Assembly: GCA_963845755.1 (NCBI GenBank) | Contig: CAWJTV010000020.1 | Coordinates: 384,001 to 448,000, forward strand | DNA length: 64,000 nt | Direction of reading: 5' to 3' | DNA from: an uncultured Planctomycetota bacterium | GTDB lineage: Bacteria; Planctomycetota; Planctomycetia; Isosphaerales; Isosphaeraceae | Shown here: piece by piece, positions 54,852-64,000 of the stretch | Numbering within the stretch: position 1 is the first letter of the stretch | Layout of the letters: every line of letters starts with the position of its first letter | Notes under the pieces: generated by a model | Seen by the model: only the letters and a program-made list of their open reading frames with translations | Database searches by the model: none | What the model was told of the DNA's origin: nothing | Position numbers and translations under genes: made by a program

Positions 54852-55061
54852 TCAAGGGCTCACCTTCGCATCGCCCGAAAAATCGTTGATTTCCCGCTCC
54901 GCCTCGTCTCTCGCGTAGCCATACTTTCGTTGAAGGAGGCTGGAGAGTTGTTCGCGCTTGCCGCTGAATGTCGTCAGGTCGGCGTCTGTCAGCTTGCCCC
55001 ACTTCGCTTTGACCTTCTCCGTGAAATGCTTCCAGTCGCCCGCGATCTCGTACCAGATCAT
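54852..55061 (-). CDS. CsbD/UPF0337 (YjbJ-like) stress protein
   Basis: W.EIAG.WK.F..KVK.KWGKLTD.DL..GKREQL...LQ.KYG. Confidence 0.85.
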   Translation of the reverse strand: MIWYEIAGDWKHFTEKVKAKWGKLTDADLTTFSGKREQLSSLLQRKYGYARDEAEREINDFSGDAKVSP

Positions 55062-55282
55062 GATTGACATCCTAACGCGGCACAGCCGCAACCCGAAGGA
55101 TCGGGGGTTCTCCCCTGTGCGCGGGACTCCCGACCCCGCCCCGGACCGACTGCCGTTCTCCCAGGTTATCACAACGTACTCCAGGTTGTGCGCACGACGA
55201 GGATGGAAAGGAATCTCGAGGACTTGCGACACGAGAACGAGTCCAGCAAGCCCCGAGCGACCCGGTGCCTCGACGGACGCCT

Positions 55283-55516
55283 TCACTTGCTCGATTGCGC
55301 GTGCGCATCCGCCGAGTGCTGATGAGCTTGCTCGCTGTGCCGATTCGCGGACTCGGAGTGCTTCTTGGCCGACTCGTGCTCTCCCACTTCGTGGTGGTGG
55401 GCCGCCTCGAGGTGATGATGAGCGGCGGCCGTGTGGTGGGTCGCGGCCCTGTGGTGGTACTCGGCTGGTGTGCGTTTCCTGGTCGTCGCCGAGGCGTTCT
55501 TGGTGGTTGTGGCCAT
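55283..55516 (-). CDS. Small His/Ala-rich helical protein
   Basis: RBS GAGAGGAG; EYHHRAATHHTAAAHHHLEAAHHHEVGEHE. Confidence 0.75.
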   Translation of the reverse strand: MATTTKNASATTRKRTPAEYHHRAATHHTAAAHHHLEAAHHHEVGEHESAKKHSESANRHSEQAHQHSADAHAQSSK

Positions 55517-55633
55517 GGTTCGATTCTCCTCTCGAAGGATTGAAACCGCGCTCGTCCGCGTTCCGTTCATGACTAACCGGCCAGCCCGCAGAATCGCCGT
55601 TTCTCGGCGAAGGCCGAACAGTAAGCCTCAAGC

Positions 55634-55743
55634 AAAAAAAAAGACGTGGAGGAATACCCTGAGGCATTCGACCACGCCGGCTTACTCGTTGACGAGCCCC
55701 CCGGTCCGGCCGGATTGCTCTTCATCTAGTCGTCCGACGACAC
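55634..55743 (-). promoter_or_regulatory. Structured leader motif copy 3 upstream of the His-rich protein
   Basis: Same motif. The terminator 3' arm is shortened (lacks GGC). Confidence 0.72.
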
Positions 55744-55803
55744 CTACTTTGATTCTCAACCGCGCCGACCGGTAATACCGAATCGGCACCGAGTTCGCCT
55801 CTC

Positions 55804-55831
55804 ATTATGACGCGCGGTGCTGAGGTAGCAA
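55804..55831 (-). promoter_or_regulatory. Sigma70-like promoter for leader copy 3
   Basis: TTGCTA-N16-CATAAT, 61 nt upstream of the motif. Confidence 0.5.
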
Positions 55832-55958
55832 GGAAATTCTTTTAATTCTTGTTTATGAAGGTCCCTCGATAGCCAAGTAGCGGGCGATTGGCGCGCGGGC
55901 ACCATCCGCGACAGGCCGGATCCGAGCCATCCGAGGAAAGCCGCACCTTGGAGGCCCG

Positions 55959-56132
55959 GTGAGAACGTTCAGAGAGATCGAAGCCGCGATCTCTGATGGG
56001 ATCGTTCCGATCGATCACTGCGAGCAGGAATGGACAGGGGGACTCAGAGATACTGACAGGCACTCCCGTGGTGATCTCCTCGTGGGCCGTACGCGGCCCG
56101 ATGATAGCCGGGAAAAACTCCGAAACGCATGA
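55959..56132 (+). pseudogene. Degenerate truncated DUF2294 copy
   Basis: GGAGG plus GTG; RTFREIEAAISDGI..CEQEWTGGLRDTDRHSRGDLLVGR aligns to GEIEAAICEGI..FEQEYMGRGPKDIRAHLIGDLLVVR. Stops after 57 aa. Confidence 0.65.
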
Positions 56133-56133
56133 C

Positions 56134-56208
56134 GGCACGGTGCACGAAATGGGCTTAGCGATCAGGCTGAGCGTTTGATGTCTGTGGATTCGACTCCCAC
56201 CTCGGCGA
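56134..56208 (+). pseudogene. Degenerate tRNA-Leu(GAG)-like remnant
   Basis: T-arm GTGGA-TTCGACT-CCCAC, anticodon arm TCAGG-CTGAGCG-TTTGA. The acceptor stem no longer pairs. Confidence 0.4.
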
Positions 56209-56664
56209 CGGGACACCAAGCAACAAGCCCCTTGGCTATAAAAGGTTGCGTCAACGACGCCTGTCTGGCGAGCCTGTGTGGGTACGCCGTGGTACCTCCA
56301 GCCCGGCGAAGGGCGTGTGTTCTCGTCTTCTCTCCGATGGCGGGATCTGATAAACCCTACCCGAATCGACGCGGCCGCGCGGCTTTCAGGGAGGAGGCCA
56401 TGGCCGAACCGACATGCCGTAAATCACGGCGTCGAGCCCGAACTGGTTCTCCGGAAACTTTGGGCCGGCGCTGAACCATGTCGCCAGTTCGAGGCGCGCG
56501 ACCCGGTATGAGACGTCGGCCAACCCCCTTCAAGGGATTCTCGCATCCCGTCGGATACCCGCCCGACGGTATGGGTTCCGACCGTTTCGGACATCTGGGG
56601 GAGCAGGCATCTCCCTCCGGGTTCGCGACCGACCCCGGCCTACCGAATCTCGAAGGATCGAGTC

Positions 56665-58122
56665 ATGGTCTTTACCACTCATCTATTCATTTTCTATTAT
56701 TTGTCGTTCTTCCTGATCATCTACTATCTCCTCCCTTTCCGCGCGCGGACCGCGCTGATCGCGCTCGGAAGCTATTTGTTCTACGGCTGGGCGAACCCAA
56801 TCTGGGCCTTGCTGATGTTCTTGAGCTCGGGGGTCGATTACGTCTGCGGCCTGTCGCTGTTGCGGCTCTCGGGACTCCCGTCGGAAGGTGGTCTGCCACC
56901 GATCCTGAGTAAGGACCGACCGCGAAGCGGGATGCAAACGGCGATTCTGGTCGCCTCGATCGTGTCCAACATGGGCCTCCTGGCCTACTTCAAGTACACC
57001 GGCTTCGTGGCGGAGAACTTGAACGCCCTGTCGCAGCTCTTGGGGCAGGGGAACGACCTCGTGCCGGCGCTCCAGATCGTCTTGCCAGTGGGCATCTCGT
57101 TCTACACGTTCAAGTCGATGAGTTACGCGATCGACGTCTACCGCGGTGATGCGCGGCCGATGACCAACTTCATCGACTTCTGCTGCTTCGAGGCGTTCTT
57201 CCCGGACCTGGTGGCCGGGCCCATCGTCCGATACGGGGCGATCGAGCAGCAGATGCGTCAGCGAAGCCACACGGCCGAGAAGTTCGCCCGCGGCGTCGTC
57301 TTCTTCGCATTCGGGATGGCCAAGAAGATCCTGATCGCCAACCCGCTGGCGCAGGTTGCCGACGCAGCCTTCGGCGCCGGCGGACTGCACTGGTATGACG
57401 CCTGGTATGGGATCGTGGGCTACGCCTTCCAGATCTATTTCGATTTCTCGGGCTATTCCGACATGGCCAGCGGGCTCGCACTGATGATGGGGTTTGTCCT
57501 GATCCAGAATTTCGACTCGCCCTATCGGTCGGAGAGCATCACCGACTTCTGGCGACGGTGGCACATCAGCCTGTCAACCTGGCTCCGCGACTACCTGTAT
57601 ATCCCGCTGGGCGGCAACCGCCGGGGCCCGCTCCGCACCTACGTCAATCTGATGACCGTGATGCTCATCGGCGGATTGTGGCACGGAGCCAGCTGGAACT
57701 TCGTGATCTGGGGCGCGATCCATGGCGCGATGCTGGCCTTCGAACGAATGCAGGGCAAGCAGGGCTCGTACGGGCGTCTGCCGCAACCCGTGCGAGTCGG
57801 CCTGACCTTCGGCATCGTCTGCATCACCTGGGTCTTCTTCCGCGCACGGACCCTGCCGCAGGCGTTGACGTATCTCGCCTGCCTCCTCGGCCTGGGGTCG
57901 GCTCCCGCCGGCGGAGATGCAGTCGCAGCAGTCATGTACACAAATTACCATGCCATGATCTTTGCGTTGGCCGCAATACTCGTCTGGCAGTCGCCCACTT
58001 CCTGGGTCTTCTCTCGGAGAATCACCTGGGCGCGCGCTGGGTATGCGAGCGCCCTGCTCCTGCTCTCCATGGCCTTCATGTGGACGCAGAGCGCGAATCC
58101 GTTCATCTACTTCCAGTTTTGA
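56665..58122 (+). CDS. MBOAT family O-acyltransferase (AlgI/DltB-like)
   Basis: LPVGISFYTF, FQIYFDFSGYSDMA, FWRRWHISLS.WLRDYLYIPLGG, GLWHGA. Confidence 0.95.
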   Translation: MVFTTHLFIFYYLSFFLIIYYLLPFRARTALIALGSYLFYGWANPIWALLMFLSSGVDYVCGLSLLRLSGLPSEGGLPPILSKDRPRSGMQTAILVASIVSNMGLLAYFKYTGFVAENLNALSQLLGQGNDLVPALQIVLPVGISFYTFKSMSYAIDVYRGDARPMTNFIDFCCFEAFFPDLVAGPIVRYGAIEQQMRQRSHTAEKFARGVVFFAFGMAKKILIANPLAQVADAAFGAGGLHWYDAWYGIVGYAFQIYFDFSGYSDMASGLALMMGFVLIQNFDSPYRSESITDFWRRWHISLSTWLRDYLYIPLGGNRRGPLRTYVNLMTVMLIGGLWHGASWNFVIWGAIHGAMLAFERMQGKQGSYGRLPQPVRVGLTFGIVCITWVFFRARTLPQALTYLACLLGLGSAPAGGDAVAAVMYTNYHAMIFALAAILVWQSPTSWVFSRRITWARAGYASALLLLSMAFMWTQSANPFIYFQF

Positions 58123-58123
58123 G

Positions 58124-59816
58124 ATGATCCATGCCGATTCTCAAGGATGGCCAGAAGCGGCGAGCGCGACTGACCCGGCTCTTTCCCAGCCCCGGCCAGA
58201 CCAGGTCGGCGGCGCGCAGGATGACCTGAGCCGCGGCATCCTGACGACGGAGATCCACCCTCTCCTCGCCAGGGTACTGACGATTGGTTTTCTCGCGTTG
58301 ATCGTCGCCGTGCCGGTCATTCAGACGACTCTCGAGCTGGTTCGCCGGTCGAGGATTCAGGCCCTGACGGTCTTCACCCGGGTTCCCACGCGAGCAAATC
58401 TCGACGAGTTTGAGAAGGACCTCACCCGGCAGTCGTTCGCCCGCCAGATCGTGAAGCCGCGAATGCAGTTGAACCTCAGCCGCGACCTGGGTTTCGGTTC
58501 GACCCAGGTAATCCTGGGGCGCGAGGGCTGGCTGTTCTACCGGCCAGGCGTCGACTGGCTGGCAGGTCCCGGCCTGCTCGATGCGACTCGTCTGGCGCTG
58601 CGTTGAACGGGACCTCATCGAGGCGGGCGAGGCCAACCCGTCTCCCGACCCGATACCGGCGATCCGCGCCTTCCACCAGGATTGCCAGGAGGCCGGCGTT
58701 CATCTCGTGGTGGTGCCGGTGCCCGACAAGGCGACGCTCCAGCCGGTCGAGCTCACATCGCGCTTCAATCGAGAAGGTCCGGCCGAACTCCCCGCCAACG
58801 TCGACTACCCGCGTTTCCTGGATGTTTTGCGGTCCTCCGGCGTGGATGTCTTTGATCCCAGCCCGAAACAGGTTAGCTCGGGCGAGCCGCCGCGCTTCTT
58901 ACGCCAGGATACGCACTGGACTCCGGAATGGATGGAAGCCGTGGCCCGCGACCTTGCAAATCACCTGAGGGCCCGAAACGCAGCCTTGCGCGCCACGACG
59001 CATCCGTGGCTCGTCCAGGAGACGCCGGTTAGCCGCGTGGGCGACCTCGTCGACATGCTCGAGCTGTCCGATGACCAGCAACTCTACTCGCCGCAAACAG
59101 TAACGATCCATCGGGTGCTCGACCCCGGCAACGGCCGCCAATGGCAGCCGCGAGCGGAGGCGGACGTGCTGCTCCTTGGAGATAGTTTTAGCAACATCTA
59201 CGGAACGCCCGACCTGGGCTGGGGAGAAGGTGCGGGATTCCCCGCCCAGCTCGCGCGATTCCTTGGCCGTGACGTCGATGCAATCGCCCGCAGCGGCTCG
59301 GGCGCCACGGCGACGAGGCGCGAGCTCGCGCGCCGGCCGGACCCGCTGAAGGGTAAGACCGTACTCGTCTGGGAGTTCGCCGTCAGGGAATTGCTGCAGG
59401 CCAATTGGGAAGTGGTGCCGATGCTCGCAACACGCTCCGGTACCCCGGCTCAACGGCCCGTTCAGGCTTCGTCGGCGAATCTGGCACCCCTTCTCCTGGA
59501 AGGCACGATCGTGGCCGCGTCGCGCGTGCCCCGGCCCTACACGGTCCCTTACAAGGACTGTCTCACCTACGTGAAGCTGCGCGTTGACCGGGTGGTGGAG
59601 GGGACGCACGAGGACGATCAGGTCATTGCCGTCTTCTGGGGGATGAAGGACAACGTTCGACTTCCCGCAGCCGACTATCCCGTGGGGACGCGACTCCAAC
59701 TGAAACTCGTACCCATGCGAAAGGCACCCGACACCCTGAGAACCGCGCGGAGCAGCGACGACCTGGATGACTACCAGCACCAACCTTTCTACGTTCTCGA
59801 GGAGCACGCTCTATGA
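58124..59816 (+). CDS. AlgJ/AlgX-like SGNH O-acetyltransferase (frameshift near 58600)
   Basis: N-terminal TM, GREGWLFY, VPVPDK, DTHW, LLGDSFS. Confidence 0.8.
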
Positions 59817-61012
59817 GACGGGGGAATCGATCAATCGTCGCGACGATCGGCGGACTGTGCCTGGTGGCGGCGCTATCCGTCGTGGTTCGCGCGCGGTGGG
59901 GTTCGCACGCCTCACTGGGGCGACCGAGCCTGCCCGTTCCTGCGACCTCGAATCGAGCAACCGCGCGGCAAGCACGGGCCGCCGCGATCCGCGAGACGAT
60001 GGAGACAATCCGGGCGGAATGCCAGCGCCAGGCGGGCGGCGATTGGGGTCGATGGTCGCATCAATTGGAGTCGCTCCGGGCCAATCTCACCGAGAGAATC
60101 CACGCGGCAAAGCCCTACAATCCCAAGGCCACCGGCTACTTCGAAGCACGATCGTCGGTCCTCGAGGGGAAGGACGCGTTTCCTCTCGTCGAGTCGGCTC
60201 CGGATCAGTACTTGCTGCATGTGGTCGAGCCTTCCTGCCTGGATGCCTTCCGCAAGGAGCGACCCGTTGTCGCCGGAGCACGCTGGCTGAAGCAGAAAGG
60301 GATCGACGTCCTCTTCGTGGCGGTGCCGAAGATGACCGAAGTCTACGCGGAGCACTTCACGGATCCCTGCCCGAGCGACCGGATCATCGCTCCTCAGGTA
60401 CGCCAGGCGTTACTCGAGCTGCTCGAAGCCGATGTCGAAGTCGTGGACTTGTGGTACGCGTTCCAGGAGGAACGAGACAAGGATACCCAGCCGCTCTACC
60501 TGCCCGCGGACCCTCACTGGGCACCGCGAGCTCACGAGATCGCCGCGCGCTTGATCGCCGCGCGCTTGCGGCGATACGAGTTCGTCTCGAAAGCGCAGGA
60601 CTCACCGGCCTTCTGCGAGTCGGCAAGGGTTCCCTATTTCCCCGTCAGCACTGGCGCCACGTTCCAGGCATTGAATCCCGACCAGCAGCGACGGGCGGAG
60701 GAAGTCCAGCCACGTTGGTATCTCACCTCGAAGAACTGCAAGAGTCCACAATTCGACGATTCCGCCCCTGTGGCTTGCATCGGCGACAGCTACAACGGAT
60801 GGTTCATGGATGCACTGAGCCGCGAGCTCAACCTCCCGATAAAGAACCTCACCGGCGGCGGTAACACGACTCAGGCGTTCAAGGAGTTCCTGCGAGATCC
60901 CGAGCTCCTCAAGGACTGCAAGGTCTTGATCTGGCTCGTCTGCAATTCCAGCCTCAAGAACCCGTGGCCCATGCCGCCACAAATCCGCGAAACCTCCGAT
61001 CGAGATGACTGA
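59813..61012 (+). CDS. Second AlgX/AlgJ-like SGNH protein
   Basis: Signal anchor, VAVPK, DPHW, IGDSY. Start overlaps the upstream stop. Confidence 0.7.
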   Translation: MRRGNRSIVATIGGLCLVAALSVVVRARWGSHASLGRPSLPVPATSNRATARQARAAAIRETMETIRAECQRQAGGDWGRWSHQLESLRANLTERIHAAKPYNPKATGYFEARSSVLEGKDAFPLVESAPDQYLLHVVEPSCLDAFRKERPVVAGARWLKQKGIDVLFVAVPKMTEVYAEHFTDPCPSDRIIAPQVRQALLELLEADVEVVDLWYAFQEERDKDTQPLYLPADPHWAPRAHEIAARLIAARLRRYEFVSKAQDSPAFCESARVPYFPVSTGATFQALNPDQQRRAEEVQPRWYLTSKNCKSPQFDDSAPVACIGDSYNGWFMDALSRELNLPIKNLTGGGNTTQAFKEFLRDPELLKDCKVLIWLVCNSSLKNPWPMPPQIRETSDRDD

Positions 61013-61109
61013 TCCGTCAATCCGGTATGTCGCGCGAGAAACGATAGAGTGTCCTCTTGCCCACAACCGGCCCTCCAGGACACATCGCCCCGCCGGTCCA
61101 CCCTCGCGG

Positions 61110-62318
61110 TCAAACAGATTCGACCGAGGCCATCGACCTGTCACGAAAGGCCGACATCCGGCTCATGATGACGGGGAAGCACAACAGGTAGAGTCCGGCT
61201 CCCACGACCCAGACCAGGCCGGGTGCCGAAGCGGGTGAGGCGGAGTAGATACTGGTGGCGGCGATCGGACCGACCACCTCGGTCAGGCTGAGGATGCTGA
61301 CCAGCGTCCCCTGCAACTCGCCCTGCCGCTCCTCTTCAACCTGTCTGGACAGGAGCGATTGGAAGGCCGGCATCGCGATCCCGCCCGCAGTGAAAAGGAT
61401 CAGGATCGGGAAGACCATCCACCCTTTCGTGACCAGCGCCATCGCGATGAACGCCAGGCTGTCGGACACAACACCCAGGATGATCGCGCCTCGTTCGCCG
61501 AGGTGATGGGTCGCTGGCCCGGTGAAGAACGCCTGGGCGATCGCGTGGAGGATCCCAAACGCGGCGAAGGTTAGGCCGACCATCCAAATGTCCCAGCCGA
61601 ACCTGTCCTCGCCATGGACGATCCAGAGCGACCCCGGTATCTGGCCGATCAACTGGATCATGAAATAGATCGTCAAGAGAGGCAAGAGGGTGCGGTTCCC
61701 GCGGATCGACAACAGCGGAGCGAAGAGGTTTCGAGGCCTCGGCTCAGATTCTCCTCTTCCCATCAGGTGGGACTCCGGGAGCGTCGAGAACCCGAGCAAC
61801 AGGTTCAAGCCGTTGAACAGCGCGGCGAGCAGAAATGGGTATCGCGGCGACAGGCTGCCGACCAGGCCGCCCAGGAGCGGGCCGGCGATGAAGCCGAGGC
61901 CAAAGCAGGCGTTCATGTACCCGAACCGCCTGGACCGCTCGTCCGGGCCGGAGATGTCGGCGATGTAGGCCGTGGCGACGGCCATGTTGGCCCCCGTCAG
62001 CCCCGCGAAAATCCGGCCCAGGTAGAGCACCCAGAGGAGAGGCGATAGACCCATGATCAGATAGTCGACCGCGGCCCCGGCCAGCGAAACCAGCAGGACC
62101 GGCCGGCGGCCGAAACGGTCACTCAGTCGGCCGAGCACGGGCGAGAACAGGAACTGCATGAAGGGGTAGATCGCCATGAAGTAGCCGAAGCGGCCGGCGA
62201 TCTTGCTCTCGTGCGACAGTTCGCGGAGTAGCGAAGGGATCACCGGCAACGCCAGGCCGATCCCGACGGCGTCGAGGGTGACCGTCGCCAGGATGACGAT
62301 CAGGGCCCGATTGACCAA
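61110..62318 (-). CDS. TetA-like MFS efflux transporter
   Basis: LDAVGIGL..PV.P.LL, motif A GRLSDRFGRRPVLL, GLTGAN, QGELQG. About 12 TMs. Confidence 0.88.
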   Translation of the reverse strand: MVNRALIVILATVTLDAVGIGLALPVIPSLLRELSHESKIAGRFGYFMAIYPFMQFLFSPVLGRLSDRFGRRPVLLVSLAGAAVDYLIMGLSPLLWVLYLGRIFAGLTGANMAVATAYIADISGPDERSRRFGYMNACFGLGFIAGPLLGGLVGSLSPRYPFLLAALFNGLNLLLGFSTLPESHLMGRGESEPRPRNLFAPLLSIRGNRTLLPLLTIYFMIQLIGQIPGSLWIVHGEDRFGWDIWMVGLTFAAFGILHAIAQAFFTGPATHHLGERGAIILGVVSDSLAFIAMALVTKGWMVFPILILFTAGGIAMPAFQSLLSRQVEEERQGELQGTLVSILSLTEVVGPIAATSIYSASPASAPGLVWVVGAGLYLLCFPVIMSRMSAFRDRSMASVESV

Positions 62319-62630
62319 GACGACTCCCTCTTCAATGGGTTGTCTTGAACGGGTGTTTTCCGCAAGAGCGCCGGATCAGAATCCGGTAGGCGACGTGCGG
62401 AAGCCCGGGAACGATTGGGCTTCCGGCAACGGCACCGAAGCGGCCTCACCGCCCCGGACACCGCTCGGGCCATCCAGGTTCGAAGAGCGCCAGGCGGATT
62501 GATCGAGACGGCGGCAACCTCCCATGGCGACCGCACTCGGTACGGTTCCCGGATCGCACTCCTTCTCCAGCCGAGTCCTGGCCGCAGTGCGTCGGAGTTG
62601 GCGCCGCTTCGCACCGTTCATTTTACGTGG

Positions 62631-63440
62631 TCAGTCGGCCGTCCGGCGTGCCAACGTTTTCAACGCCTCCTTCGCCACCTTGGTCGGCTGGGCGTCGGGA
62701 TGGCCTTTAGCCATGTCCTTGAGGATCTCTTCGGCGTCGGGAGTACCGAGATACTCCAGCAGAACGATGGCCCGGACAGCCCGCGTCCATTTCTTCTTGT
62801 CGGTGCGGTGAACGTGGGAGTTGATGCGTTCGATCTTGTGCTCGGCCCACCAGGAGCCGAAGTTGGGCTGGGCGAAGAAGTTGAAGCCGTCCTGGCCGAC
62901 GGGCCTCAAGCTGACCTCCTTGCCCGCCAGTTGACCGGCCTCGCGTCCGCTCAAGACCTCAACCATGCGCTGCCGGCCCGGGGCCTCCTTGTAGCGGTCC
63001 ATCAAGATCTGTAGATCGATCGCCAGCCGGGGGTCGAAGTATTCCAGCTCCTCGAAAGCGGGCTTCCAGACGGATTCTTCGCCATTTCCCAACTTGAGCA
63101 GGAGCGCCTTCGCCTGCCCGGACGAGAGTTTGAGCGGCTTCAACTTTCTCTTCAAGAAGTCCACGGCGTCTCTCGGCCGAGCCGATAGGTTGAGCAACGC
63201 TCGCGAGGCTTCGAGGTCGCCCTTTTCGAGGTCGGCCCATAAGGATTCGATTCGTTTATCGTCGGGCGATAAAGCGAGAATGGCTGGTATCGGTCCCAGA
63301 ATCAGTAGGCAGGCGATCTGGAAGCGGCGAGAGGATCGGGTCTGGGCCACGGGAAGAGCTCCGGTAGCGGCCTCGGGTATCGGCCAAACATATGACAATC
63401 GTACCAGCCAGGACGGCTTATCGTCATCCGGGCAAAGCAC
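62631..63440 (-). CDS. Hypothetical helical (HEAT-like) protein
   Basis: LWADL, RAVRAI.LLE.LGTP.A..IL..MA.G. Start uncertain. Confidence 0.6.
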   Translation of the reverse strand: MLCPDDDKPSWLVRLSYVWPIPEAATGALPVAQTRSSRRFQIACLLILGPIPAILALSPDDKRIESLWADLEKGDLEASRALLNLSARPRDAVDFLKRKLKPLKLSSGQAKALLLKLGNGEESVWKPAFEELEYFDPRLAIDLQILMDRYKEAPGRQRMVEVLSGREAGQLAGKEVSLRPVGQDGFNFFAQPNFGSWWAEHKIERINSHVHRTDKKKWTRAVRAIVLLEYLGTPDAEEILKDMAKGHPDAQPTKVAKEALKTLARRTAD

Positions 63441-63469
63441 CGTCGGTTCCCGCTACGGGATCCTCGCGA

Positions 63470-64000
63470 TCAAACCTTCAGGGTCTTGAGATAGGCCACA
63501 CTCCGCTGAGTCAGTTCCCAGTCTTGCTCGACGAAGTAATTCTTAACTCCGCCTGCCCGCGCGGCGGTGAAGGTTTCCACCCAGTCGATGGTGCCCTGGC
63601 CCATCGCAACCTGAGGGCGTTTCCCCGTCTCCGTTGGAGCGTCCATGTCCACGTCCTGAAGATGCATCGAGTTGAATCGGCCGGGATGCTTCCGGAAATA
63701 CTCGGCGGCGACGAGGCCGACCTTGATGGCCGACATCTGGAACTGAAACTTGACCAGCTCCGGATCGAGCAGGTCGAACAACAGGTCGTAGGCTCGTTTG
63801 CCGTTGACCATCGCGTGTTCGAAATCCTCATTGTGCAGGCCCTGCTGGAGGCCGGCCTTCGCCGACACGGCCGCGATCCTGTTGTATTCGTCCGCGGCCC
63901 CTTTCACCTGGTCCAGCGTTGGGCTCTCACCCTGTCGGCCCAGGGTCGCGGTGATCATCTGCGTGATACCGACGTCTTTCGCCCACTCGATGCTCTTCTC
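63470..64000 (-). CDS. Sugar phosphate isomerase/epimerase TIM-barrel protein (5' part outside the window)
   Basis: LHNE.FE, MHLQD, MGQGTIDW, YFVEQD. Confidence 0.82.
   Translation of the reverse strand, partial: EKSIEWAKDVGITQMITATLGRQGESPTLDQVKGAADEYNRIAAVSAKAGLQQGLHNEDFEHAMVNGKRAYDLLFDLLDPELVKFQFQMSAIKVGLVAAEYFRKHPGRFNSMHLQDVDMDAPTETGKRPQVAMGQGTIDWVETFTAARAGGVKNYFVEQDWELTQRSVAYLKTLKV

Noticed and set aside
48529..55730. Plus-strand peptide family KKADV.E...HVGLL.NEPPG.AGLPFI
   Set aside because: It is the antisense translation of the repeated leader. There is no shared start or RBS, and promoter and terminator polarity point to the minus strand.
48780..55743. CRISPR array or MITE interpretation of the three repeats
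   Set aside because: Copies are kb apart with no spacers, cas genes, terminal IRs or TSDs, and each sits between a promoter and a gene.
55815..55835. Possible tRNA 5' half pairing with 56200
   Set aside because: No D-arm; the sequence is better explained as the minus-strand promoter of leader copy 3.
56260..56660. Further tRNA-like or ncRNA remnants upstream of the MBOAT gene
   Set aside because: Some hairpins are present, but I could not build a cloverleaf or conserved motif by eye.
5372..59816. Widespread pseudogenisation (hypB, hhyL, hypF, kinases, enolase-family gene, PAQR, AlgJ and others)
   Set aside because: The breaks I examined are single-base indels, mostly in short homopolymers, with motifs intact on both sides and spread evenly over the window. 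This fits long-read assembly error better than gene decay.

Overview
High-GC bacterial window, probably a planctomycete (inferred from DUF1501, an LETR-type export signal, ECF sigma/Ser-Thr kinase pairs and a heme-binding domain protein). Many genes carry single-base frameshifts, most likely long-read assembly errors. Contents in order: (1) a rhomboid protease and an HlyD-like gene with two tandem TolC-like paralogs; (2) a complete group 1h [NiFe]-hydrogenase cluster on the minus strand (about 5.4-19.3 kb); (3) an unusual RiPP-like cluster: a large precursor-like protein, an APH-type kinase, and a HopA1-like lyase fused to a LanC cyclase, the last split by an IS4-family element with a 10-bp target duplication; (4) a tandem duplication of an ECF sigma plus kinase-NTPase-FGE module; (5) mixed metabolic genes; (6) a tRNA array including a rare tRNA-Ile(UAU), followed by an about 8-kb accessory block with three copies of a conserved promoter plus structured terminator/antiterminator leader (riboswitch or attenuator candidate), DUF2294 genes and remnants, and desaturases; (7) an MBOAT/AlgJ-like O-acetylation operon, a TetA-like MFS transporter and a partial TIM-barrel gene. 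The two strongest novelty candidates are the hybrid lanthipeptide-like cluster and the repeated cis-regulatory RNA motif.
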